From Auanema rhodensis (Eukaryota > Animalia > Nematoda), in assembly GCA_964057225.1 (NCBI GenBank), contig OZ059899.1, forward strand, positions 3,968,001 to 4,032,000: a stretch of DNA of 64,000 nucleotides. The letters run 5' to 3'. The notes beneath the pieces are model-generated. The model was not told the DNA's origin. It saw only the letters and a list, made by a program, of their open reading frames with translations, and searched no databases. Shown here piece by piece: positions 1-11,400 of the stretch. The position numbers were made by a program, and so were the translations under genes. Position 1 is the stretch's first letter. Every line of letters starts with the position of its first letter.

Positions 1-100
1 GTTGAGTGTACATGGAAACTCAACATACACTAATGCATCATTTTTCAAACGATCATAACTAATTTTTGTATCAAGTGTTTCTCAATGTAGTATAGTGCAT

Positions 101-167
101 TCGATGCGGATTTTTAAGCTGCGTCGATCTGTGTTATCAGATTTGCGCTAGCTTAAAAATGCACCGA
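101..167. other. Long imperfect inverted repeat (hairpin/cruciform-competent); position given for M1, recurs in each monomer
   Basis: atttttaagct (110-120) is the perfect reverse complement of agcttaaaaat (150-160). Inner pairs are gcg/cgc (121-123/146-148) and atctg/cagat (127-131/138-142). The outer pair tcgatgc/gcaccga has one mismatch. Confidence 0.9.
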
Positions 168-177
168 TATATCAACT

Positions 178-199
178 GATATAAGTTCACACTTATATC
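178..199. other. Perfect 9-bp inverted repeat with 4-nt spacer (per monomer)
   Basis: gatataagt-tcac-acttatatc. Confidence 0.92.
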
Positions 200-273
200 C
201 TCGATTTTCACCCTGAAGAATTAATTTTTTCGTTGAATAACATTGTCCATCGTCTTTGCTTTGAAAAATGGAA

Positions 274-345
274 TCTAAAAACATCTACTTTTTGCTAAAT
301 TATTTTGAAATTTTTCGAAAAAATTTCTGTCAAAATGTTTTTGGA
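274..345. other. A/T-tract-rich nested dyad region (per monomer)
   Basis: It contains the 12-bp palindrome tttttcgaaaaa (311-322), attttga/tcaaaat (302-308/330-336) and aaaaacat/atgttttt (277-284/335-342). Confidence 0.7.
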
Positions 346-349
346 AGCA

Positions 350-377
350 ATGTTGAGTGTACATGGAAACTCAACAT
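350..377. other. Perfect 9-bp inverted repeat with 10-nt spacer (per monomer)
   Basis: atgttgagt-gtacatggaa-actcaacat. The common T9C polymorphism lies in the spacer. Confidence 0.9.
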
Positions 378-3300
378 ACACTAATGCATCATTTTTCAAA
401 CGATCATAACTAATTTTTGTATCAAGTGTTTCTCAATGTAGTATAGTGCATTCGATGCGGATTTTTAAGCTGCGTCGATCTGTGTTATCAGATTTGCGCT
501 AGCTTAAAAATGCACCGAGATATCAACTGATATAAGTTCACACTTATATCCTCGATTTTCACCCTGAAGAATTAATTTTTTCGTTGAATAACATCGTCCA
601 TCGTCTTTGCCTTGAAAAATGGAATCTAAAAACATCTACTTTTTGCTAAATTATTTTGAAATTTTTCGAAAAAATTTTTGTCAAAATATTTTTGGAAGCA
701 ATGTTGAGTGCACATGGAAACTCAACATACACTAATGCATCATTTTTCAAACGATCATAACTAATTTTTGTATCAAGCGTTTCTTAATGTAGTATAGTGC
801 ATTCGATGCGGATTTTTAAGCTGCGTCGATCTGTGTTATCAGATTTGCGCTAGCTTAAAAATGCACCGATATATCAACTGATATAAGTTCACACTTATAT
901 CCTCGATTTTCACCCTGAAGAATTAATTTTTTCGTTGAATAACATTGTCCATCGTCTTTGCCTTTAAAAATGGAATCTAAAAACATCTACTTTTTGCTAA
1001 ATTATTTTGAAATTTTTCGAAAAAATTTCTGTCAAAATGTTTTTGGAAGCAATGTTGAGTGTACATGGAAACTCAACATACACTAATGCATCATTTTTCA
1101 AACGATCATAACTAATTTTTGTATCAAGTGTTTCTCAATGTAGTATAGTGCATTCGATGCGGATTTTTAAGCTGCGTCGATCTGTGTTATCAGATTTGCG
1201 CTAGCTTAAAAATGCACCGAGATATCAACTGATATAAGTTCACACTTATATCCTCGATTTTCACCCTGAAGAATTAATTTTTTCGTTGAATAACATCGTC
1301 CATCGTCTTTGCCTTGAAAAATGGAATCTAAAAACATCTACTTTTTGCTAAATTATTTTGAAATTTTTCGAAAAAATTTTTGTCAAAATATTTTTGGAAG
1401 CAATGTTGAGTGCACATGGAAACTCAACATACACTAATGCATCATTTTTCAAACGATCATAACTAATTTTTGTATCAAGTGTTTCTCAATGTAGTATAGT
1501 GCATTCGATGCGGATTTTTAAGCTGCGTCGATCTGTGTTATCAGATTTGCGCTAGCTTAAAAATGCACCGAGATATCAACTGATATAAGTTCACACTTAT
1601 ATCCTCGATTTTCACCCTGAAGAAATAATTTTTTCGTTGAATAACATTGTCCATCGTCTTTGCCTTGAAAAATGGAATCTAAAAACATCTACTTTTTGCT
1701 AAATTATTTTGAAATTTTTCGAAAAAATTTTTGTCAAAATATTTTTGGAAGCAATGTTGAGTGCACATGGAAACTCAACATACACTAATGCATCATTTTT
1801 CAAACGATCATAACTAATTTTTGTATCAAGCGTTTCTTAATGTAGTATAGTGCATTCGATGCGGATTTTTAAGCTGCGTCGATCTGTGTTATCAGATTTG
1901 CGCTAGCTTAAAAATGCACCGAGATATCAACTGATATAAGTTCACACTTATATCCTCGATTTTCACCCTGAAGAAATAATTTTTTCGTTGAATAACATTG
2001 TCCATCGTCTTTGCCTTGAAAAAAGAAATCTAAAAACATCTACTTTTTGCTAAATTATTTTGAAATTTTTCGAAAAAATTTTTGTCAAAATGTTTTTGGA
2101 AGCAATGTTGAGTGTACATGGAAACTCAACATACACTAATGCATCATTTTTCAAACGATCATAACTAATTTTTGTATCAAGTGTTTCTCAATGTAGTATA
2201 GTGCATTCGATGCGGATTTTTAAGCTGCGTCGATCTGTGTTATCAGATTTGCGCTAGCTTAAAAATGCACCGATATATCAACTGATATAAGTTCACACTT
2301 ATATCCTCGATTTTCACCCTGAAGAATTAATTTTTTCGTTGAATAACATTGTCCATCGTCTTTGCCTTGAAAAATGGAATCTAAAAACATCTACTTTTTG
2401 CTAAAGTATTTTGAAATTTTTCGAAAAAATTTCTGTCAAAATGTTTTTGGAAGCAATGTTGAGTGTACATGGAAACTCAACATACACTAATGCATCATTT
2501 TTCAAACGATCATAACTAATTTTTGTATCAAGTGTTTCTCAATGTAGTATAGTGCATTCGATGCGGATTTTTAAGCTGCGTCGATCTGTGTTATCAGATT
2601 TGCGCTAGCTTAAAAATGCACCGATATATCAACTGATATAAGTTCACACTTATATCCTCGATTTTCACCCTGAAGAATTAATTTTTTCGTTGAATAACAT
2701 TGTCCATCGTCTTTGCCTTGAAAAATGGAATCTAAAAACATCTACTTTTTGCTAAAGTATTTTGAAATTTTTCGAAAAAATTTCTGTCAAAATGTTTTTG
2801 GAAGCAATGTTGAGTGTACATGGAAACTCAACATACACTAATGCATCATTTTTCAAACGATCATAACTAATTTTTGTATCAAGTGTTTCTCAATGTAGTA
2901 TAGTGCATTCGATGCGGATTTTTAAGCTGCGTCGATCTGTGTTATCAGATTTGCGCTAGCTTAAAAATGCACCGATATATCAACTGATATAAGTTCACAC
3001 TTATATCCTCGATTTTCACCCTGAAGAATTAATTTTTTCGTTGAATAACATTGTCCATCGTCTTTGCCTTGAAAAATGGAATCTAAAAACATCTACTTTT
3101 TGCTAAATTATTTTGAAATTTTTCGAAAAAATTTCTGTCAAAATGTTTTTGGAAGCAATGTTGAGTGTACATGGAAACTCAACATACACTAATGCATCAT
3201 TTTTCAAACGATCATAACTAATTTTTGTATCAAGTGTTTCTCAATGTAGTATAGTGCATTCGATGCGGATTTTTAAGCTGCGTCGATCTGTGTTATCAGA

Positions 3301-3510
3301 TTTGCGCTAGCTTAAAAATGCACCGAGATATCAACTGATATAAGTTCACACTTATATCCTCGATTTTCACCCTGAAGAAATAATTTTTTCGTTGAATAAC
3401 ATTGTCCATCGTCTTTGCCTTGAAAAATGGAATCTAAAAACATCTACTTTTTGCTAAATGATTTTGAAATTTTTCGAAAAAATTTTTGTCAAAATATTTT
3501 TGGAAGCAAT

Positions 3511-6500
3511 GTTGAGTGCACATGGAAACTCAACATACACTAATGCATCATTTTTCAAACGATCATAACTAATTTTTGTATCAAGCGTTTCTTAATGTAG
3601 TATAGTGCATTCGATGCGGATTTTTAAGCTGCGTCGATCTGTGTTATCAGATTTGCGCTAGCTTAAAAATGCACCGAGATATCAACTGATATAAGTTCAC
3701 ACTTATATCCTCGATTTTCACCCTGAAGAAATAATTTTTTCGTTGAATAACATTGTCCATCGTCTTTGCCTTGAAAAAAGAAATCTAAAAACATCTACTT
3801 TTTGCTAAATTATTTTGAAATTTTTCGAAAAAATTTTTGTCAAAATGTTTTTGGAAGCAATGTTGAGTGTACATGGAAACTCAACATACACTAATGCATC
3901 ATTTTTCAAACGATCATAACTAATTTTTGTATCAAGTGTTTCTCAATGTAGTATAGTGCATTCGATGCGGATTTTTAAGCTGCGTCGATCTGTGTTATCA
4001 GATTTGCGCTAGCTTAAAAATGCACCGATATATCAACTGATATAAGTTCACACTTATATCCTCGATTTTCACCCTGAAGAATTAATTTTTTCGTTGAATA
4101 ACATTGTCCATCGTCTTTGCCTTGAAAAATGGAATCTAAAAACATCTACTTTTTGCTAAATTATTTTGAAATTTTTCGAAAAAATTTCTGTCAAAATGTT
4201 TTTGGAAGCAATGTTGAGTGTACATGGAAACTCAACATACACTAATGCATCATTTTTCAAACGATCATAACTAATTTTTGTATCAAGTGTTTCTCAATGT
4301 AGTATAGTGCATTCGATGCGGATTTTTAAGCTGCGTCGATCTGTGTTATCAGATTTGCGCTAGCTTAAAAATGCACCGAGATATCAACTGATATAAGTTC
4401 ACACTTATATCCTCGATTTTCACCCTGAAGAATTAATTTTTTCGTTGAATAACATCGTCCATCGTCTTTGCCTTGAAAAATGGAATCTAAAAACATCTAC
4501 TTTTTGCTAAATTATTTTGAAATTTTTCGAAAAAATTTTTGTCAAAATATTTTTGGAAGCAATGTTGAGTGCACATGGAAACTCAACATACACTAATGCA
4601 TCATTTTTCAAACGATCATAACTAATTTTTGTATCAAGCGTTTCTTAATGTAGTATAGTGCATTCGATGCGGATTTTTAAGCTGCGTCGATCTGTGTTAT
4701 CAGATTTGCGCTAGCTTAAAAATGCACCGAGATATCAACTGATATAAGTTCACACTTATATCCTCGATTTTCACCCTGAAGAATTAATTTTTTCGTTGAA
4801 TAACATTGTCCATCGTCTTTGCCTTGAAAAATGGAATCTAAAAACATCTACTTTTTGCTAAATTATTTTGAAATTTTTCGAAAAAATTTTTGTCAAAATG
4901 TTTTTGGAAGCAATGTTGAGTGTACATGGAAACTCAACGTACACTAATGCATCATTTTTCAAACGATCATAACTAATTTTTGTATCAAGTGTTTCTCAAT
5001 GTAGTATAGTGCATTCGATGCGGATTTTTAAGCTGCGTCGATCTGTGTTATCAGATTTGCGCTAGCTTAAAAATGCACCGAGATATCAACTGATATAAGT
5101 TCACACTTATATCCTCAATTTTCACCCTGAAGAATTAATTTTTTCGTTGAATAACATTGTCCATCGTCTTTGCCTTGAAAAATGGAATCTAAAAACATCT
5201 ACTTTTTGCTAAATTATTTCGAAATTTTTCGAAAAAATTTTTGTCAAAATGTTTTTGGAAGCAATGTTGAGTGCACATGGAAACTCAACATACACTAATG
5301 CATCATTTTTCAAACGATCATAACTAATTTTTGTATCAAGCGTTTCTTAATGTAGTATAGTGCATTCGATGCGGATTTTTAAGCTGCGTCGATCTGTGTT
5401 ATCAGATTTGCGCTAGCTTAAAAATGCACCGAGATATCAACTGATATATGTTCACACTTATATCCTCGATTTTCACCCTGAAGAAATAATTTTTTCGTTG
5501 AATAACATTGTCCATCGTCTTTGCCTTGAAAAAAGGAATCTAAAAACATCTACTTTTTGCTAAATTATTTTGAAATTTTTCGAAAAAATTTTTGTCAAAA
5601 TGTTTTTGGAAGCAATGTTGAGTGTACATGGAAACTCAACATACACTAATGCATCATTTTTCAAACGATCATAACTAATTTTTGTATTAAGCGTTTCTCA
5701 ATGTAGTATAGTGCATTCGATGCGGATTTTTAAGCTGCGTCGATCTGTGTTATCAGATTTGCGCTAGCTTAAAAATGCACCGAGATATCAACTGATATAA
5801 GTTCACACTTATATCCTCGATTTTCACCCTGAAGAAATAATTTTTTCGTTGAATAACATTGTCCATCGTCTTTGCCTTGAAAAAAGAAATCTAAAAACAT
5901 CTACTTTTTGCTAAATTATTTCGAAATTTTTCGAAAAAATTTTTGTCAAAATGTTTTTGGAAGCAATGTTGAGTGCACATGGAAACTCAACATACACTAA
6001 TGCATCATTTTTCAAACGATCATAACTAATTTTTGTATCAAGCGTTTCTTAATGTAGTATAGTGCATTCGATGCGGATTTTTAAGCTGCGTCGATCTGTG
6101 TTATCAGATTTGCGCTAGCTTAAAAATGCACCGAGATATCAACTGATATAAGTTCACACTTATATCCTCGATTTTCACCCTGAAGAAATAATTTTTTCGT
6201 TGAATAACATTGTCCATCGTCTTTGCCTTGAAAAAAGAAATCTAAAAACATCTACTTTTTGCTAAATTATTTTGAAATTTTTCGAAAAAATTTTTGTCAA
6301 AATGTTTTTGGAAGCAATGTTGAGTGTACATGGAAACTCAACATACACTAATGCATCATTTTTCAAACGATCATAACTAATTTTTGTATCAAGTGTTTCT
6401 CAATGTAGTATAGTGCATTCGATGCGGATTTTTAAGCTGCGTCGATCTGTGTTATCAGATTTGCGCTAGCTTAAAAATGCACCGATATATCAACTGATAT

Positions 6501-8424
6501 AAGTTCACACTTATATCCTCGATTTTCACCCTGAAGAATTAATTTTTTCGTTGAATAACATTGTCCATCGTCTTTGCCTTGAAAAATGGAATCTAAAAAC
6601 ATCTACTTTTTGCTAAATTATTTTGAAATTTTTCGAAAAAATTTCTGTCAAAATGTTTTTGGAAGCAATGTTGAGTGTACATGGAAACTCAACATACACT
6701 AATGCATCATTTTTCAAACGATCATAACTAATTTTTGTATCAAGTGTTTCTCAATGTAGTATAGTGAATTCGATGCGGATTTTTAAGCTGCGTCGATCTG
6801 TGTTATCAGATTTGCGCTAGCTTAAAAATGCACCGAGATATCAACTGATATAAGTTCACACTTATATCCTCGATTTTCACCCTGAAGAATTAATTTTTTC
6901 GTTGAATAACATCGTCCATCGTCTTTGCCTTGAAAAATGGAATCTAAAAACATCTACTTTTTGCTAAATTATTTTGAAATTTTTCGAAAAAATTTTTGTC
7001 AAAATATTTTTGGAAGCAATGTTGAGTGCACATGGAAACTCAACATACACTAATGCATCATTTTTCAAACGATCATAACTAATTTTTGTATCAAGCGTTT
7101 CTTAATGTAGTATAGTGCATTCGATGCGGATTTTTAAGCTGCGTCGATCTGTGTTATCAGATTTGCGCTAGCTTAAAAATGCACCGAGATATCAACTGAT
7201 ATAAGTTCACACTTATATCCTCGATTTTCACCCTGAAGAATTAATTTTTTCGTTGAATAACATTGTCCATCGTCTTTGCCTTGAAAAATGGAATCTAAAA
7301 ACATCTACTTTTTGCTAAATTATTTTGAAATTTTTCGAAAAAATTTTTGTCAAAATGTTTTTGGAAGCAATGTTGAGTGTACATGGAAACTCAACGTACA
7401 CTAATGCATCATTTTTCAAACGATCATAACTAATTTTTGTATCAAGTGTTTCTCAATGTAGTATAGTGCATTCGATGCGGATTTTTAAGCTGCGTCGATC
7501 TGTGTTATCAGATTTGCGCTAGCTTAAAAATGCACCGAGATATCAACTGATATAAGTTCACACTTATATCCTCAATTTTCACCCTGAAGAATTAATTTTT
7601 TCGTTGAATAACATTGTCCATCGTCTTTGCCTTGAAAAATGGAATCTAAAAACATCTACTTTTTGCTAAATTATTTCGAAATTTTTCGAAAAAATTTTTG
7701 TCAAAATGTTTTTGGAAGCAATGTTGAGTGCACATGGAAACTCAACATACACTAATGCATCATTTTTCAAACGATCATAACTAATTTTTGTATCAAGCGT
7801 TTCTTAATGTAGTATAGTGCATTCGATGCGGATTTTTAAGCTGCGTCGATCTGTGTTATCAGATTTGCGCTAGCTTAAAAATGCACCGAGATATCAACTG
7901 ATATATGTTCACACTTATATCCTCGATTTTCACCCTGAAGAAATAATTTTTTCGTTGAATAACATTGTCCATCGTCTTTGCCTTGAAAAAAGGAATCTAA
8001 AAACATCTACTTTTTGCTAAATTATTTTGAAATTTTTCGAAAAAATTTTTGTCAAAATGTTTTTGGAAGCAATGTTGAGTGTACATGGAAACTCAACATA
8101 CACTAATGCATCATTTTTCAAACGATCATAACTAATTTTTGTATTAAGCGTTTCTCAATGTAGTATAGTGCATTCGATGCGGATTTTTAAGCTGCGTCGA
8201 TCTGTGTTATCAGATTTGCGCTAGCTTAAAAATGCACCGAGATATCAACTGATATAAGTTCACACTTATATCCTCGATTTTCACCCTGAAGAAATAATTT
8301 TTTCGTTGAATAACATTGTCCATCGTCTTTGCCTTGAAAAAAGAAATCTAAAAACATCTACTTTTTGCTAAATTATTTCGAAATTTTTCGAAAAAATTTT
8401 TGTCAAAATGTTTTTGGAAGCAAT
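3511..8424 (+). repeat. Tandem duplication of a 7-monomer block (2457-bp period, 2 copies)
   Basis: Private variants repeat at +2457: caacGt at 4939/7396 and gatataTg at 5449/7906. The order of monomer types in M11-17 matches M18-24. Confidence 0.92.
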
Positions 8425-11400
8425 GTTGAGTGTACATGGAAACTCAACATACACTAATGCATCATTTTTCAAACGATCATAACTAATTTTTGTATTAAGC
8501 GTTTCTCAATGTAGTATAGTGCATTCGATGCGGATTTTTAAGCTGCGTCGATCTGTGTTATCAGATTTGCGCTAGCTTAAAAATGCACCGAGATATCAAC
8601 TGATATAAGTTCACACTTATATCCTCGATTTTCACCCTGAAGAATTAATTTTTTCGTTGAATAACATTGTCCATCGTCTTTGCCTTGAAAAATGGAATCT
8701 TAAAACATCTACTTTTTGCTAAATTATTCTGAAATTTTTCGAAAAAATTTTTGTCAAAATGTTTTTGGAAGCAATGTTGAGTGTACATGGAAACTCAACA
8801 TACACTAATGCATCATTTTTCAAACGATCATAACTAATTTTTGTATCAAGTGTTTCTCAATGTAGTATAGTGCATTCGATGCGGATTTTTAAGCTGCGTC
8901 GATCTGTGTTATCAGATTTGCGCTAGCTTAAAAATGCACCGATATATCAACTGATATAAGTTCACACTTATATCCTCGATTTTCACCCTGAAGAATTAAT
9001 TTTTTCGTTGAATAACATTGTCCATCGTCTTTGCCTTGAAAAAAGAAATCTAAAAACATCTACTTTTTGCTAAATTATTTTGAAATTTTTCGAAAAAATT
9101 TTTGTCAAAATATTTTTGGAAGCAATGTTGAGTGCACATGGAAACTCAACATACACTAATGCATCATTTTTCAAACGATCATAACTAATTTTTGTATCAA
9201 GTGTTTCTCAATGTAGTATAGTGCATTCGATGCGGATTTTTAAGCTGCGTCGATCTGTGTTATCAGATTTGCGCTAGCTTAAAAATGCACCGATATATCA
9301 ACTGATATAAGTTCACACTTATATCCTCGATTTTCACCCTGAAGAATTAATTTTTTCGTTGAATAACATTGTCCATCGTCTTTGCCTTGTAAAAAGAAAT
9401 CTAAAAACATCTACTTTTTGCTAAATTATTTTGAAATTTTTCGAAAAAATTTTTGTCAAAATATTTTTGGAAGCAATGTTGAGTGCACATGGAAACTCAA
9501 CATACACTAATGCATCATTTTTCAAACGATCATAACTAATTTTTGTATCAAGTGTTTCTCAATGTAGTATAGTGCATTCGATGCGGATTTTTAAGCTGCG
9601 TCGATCTGTGTTATCAGATTTGCGCTAGCTTAAAAATGCACCGATATATCAACTGATATAAGTTCACACTTATATCCTCGATTTTCACCCTGAAGAAATA
9701 ATTTTTTCGTTGAATAACATTGTCCATCGTCTTTGCCTTGAAAAAAGAAATCTAAAAACATCTACTTTTTGCTAAATTATTTTGAAATTTTTCGAAAAAA
9801 TTTTTGTCAAAATGTTTTTGGAAGCAATGTTGAGTGTACATGGAAACTCAACATACACTAATGCATCATTTTTCAAACGATCATAACTAATTTTTGTATC
9901 AAGTGTTTCTCAATGTAGTATAGTGCATTCGATGCGGATTTTTAAGCTGCGTCGATCTGTGTTATCAGATTTGCGCTAGCTTAAAAATGCACCGATATAT
10001 CAACTGATATAAGTTCACACTTATATCCTCGATTTTCACCCTGAAGAATTAATTTTTTCGTTGAATAACATTGTCCATCGTCTTTGCCTTGAAAAATGGA
10101 ATCTAAAAACATCTACTTTTTGCTAAATTATTTTGAAATTTTTCGAAAAAATTTCTGTCAAAATGTTTTTGGAAGCAATGTTGAGTGTACATGGAAACTC
10201 AACATACACTAATGCATCATTTTTCAAACGATCATAACTAATTTTTGTATCAAGTGTTTCTCAATGTAGTATAGTGCATTCGATGCGGATTTTTAAGCTG
10301 CGTCGATCTGTGTTATCAGATTTGCGCTAGCTTAAAAATGCACCGAGATATCAACTGATATAAGTTCACACTTATATCCTCGATTTTCACCCTGAAGAAT
10401 TAATTTTTTCGTTGAATAACATCGTCCATCGTCTTTGCCTTGAAAAATGGAATCTAAAAACATCTACTTTTTGCTAAATTATTTTGAAATTTTTCGAAAA
10501 AATTTTTGTCAAAATATTTTTGGAAGCAATGTTGAGTGCACATGGAAACTCAACATACACTAATGCATCATTTTTCAAACGATCATAACTAATTTTTGTA
10601 TCAAGCGTTTCTTAATGTAGTATAGTGCATTCGATGCGGATTTTTAAGCTGCGTCGATCTGTGTTATCAGATTTGCGCTAGCTTAAAAATGCACCGAGAT
10701 ATCAACTGATATAAGTTCACACTTATATCCTCGATTTTCACCCTGAAGAAATAATTTTTTCGTTGAATAACATTGTCCATCGTCTTTGCCTTGAAAAAAG
10801 AAATCTAAAAACATCTACTTTTTGCTAAATTATTTTGAAATTTTTCGAAAAAATTTTTGTCAAAATGTTTTTGGAAGCAATGTTGAGTGTACATGGAAAC
10901 TCAACATACACTAATGCATCATTTTTCAAACGATCATAACTAATTTTTGTATTAAGCGTTTCTCAATGTAGTATAGTGCATTCGATGCGGATTTTTAAGC
11001 TGCGTCGATCTGTGTTATCAGATTTGCGCTAGCTTAAAAATGCACCGAGATATCAACTGATATAAGTTCACACTTATATCCTCGATTTTCACCCTGAAGA
11101 ATTAATTTTTTCGTTGAATAACATTGTCCATCGTCTTTGCCTTGAAAAATGGAATCTAAAAACATCTACTTTTTGCTAAATTATTTCGAAATTTTTCGAA
11201 AAAATTTTTGTCAAAATGTTTTTGGAAGCAATGTTGAGTGCACATGGAAACTCAACATACACTAATGCATCATTTTTCAAACGATCATAACTAATTTTTG
11301 TATCAAGCGTTTCTTAATGTAGTATAGTGCATTCGATGCGGATTTTTAAGCTGCGTCGATCTGTGTTATCAGATTTGCGCTAGCTTAAAAATGCACCGAG

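Noticed and set aside
228-244. CENP-B box-like motif (tttcgttgaata...)
   Set aside because: It matches TTCG and the central A but lacks the essential CGGG.
205-270. Hammerhead ribozyme or retrozyme-like repeat (CTGAAGA at 213-219 fits CUGANGA; the monomer size is similar to ribozyme-bearing tandem repeats)
   Set aside because: No stem II closes onto a GAAA (the nearest candidates are GAAT at 235 and an unpaired GAAA at 263), and stem I cannot pair next to the core. The minus strand has only CTGATAA. An Infernal search with Rfam hammerhead models on a monomer dimer would settle it.
1-351. Assignment to a named satellite family of similar length (e.g. Drosophila 1.688/359-bp or the ~350-360-bp Tribolium satellites)
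   Set aside because: Only length and AT-richness are similar. I cannot recognise sequence identity, so a BLAST/Dfam search is needed.
1-351. Tandem RNA gene unit (5S rRNA, tRNA, snRNA, SL RNA) or an internal ~175-bp sub-repeat
   Set aside because: I recognise no conserved RNA-gene sequence or convincing Pol III boxes. The two halves of the monomer share only short 6-7 bp matches.
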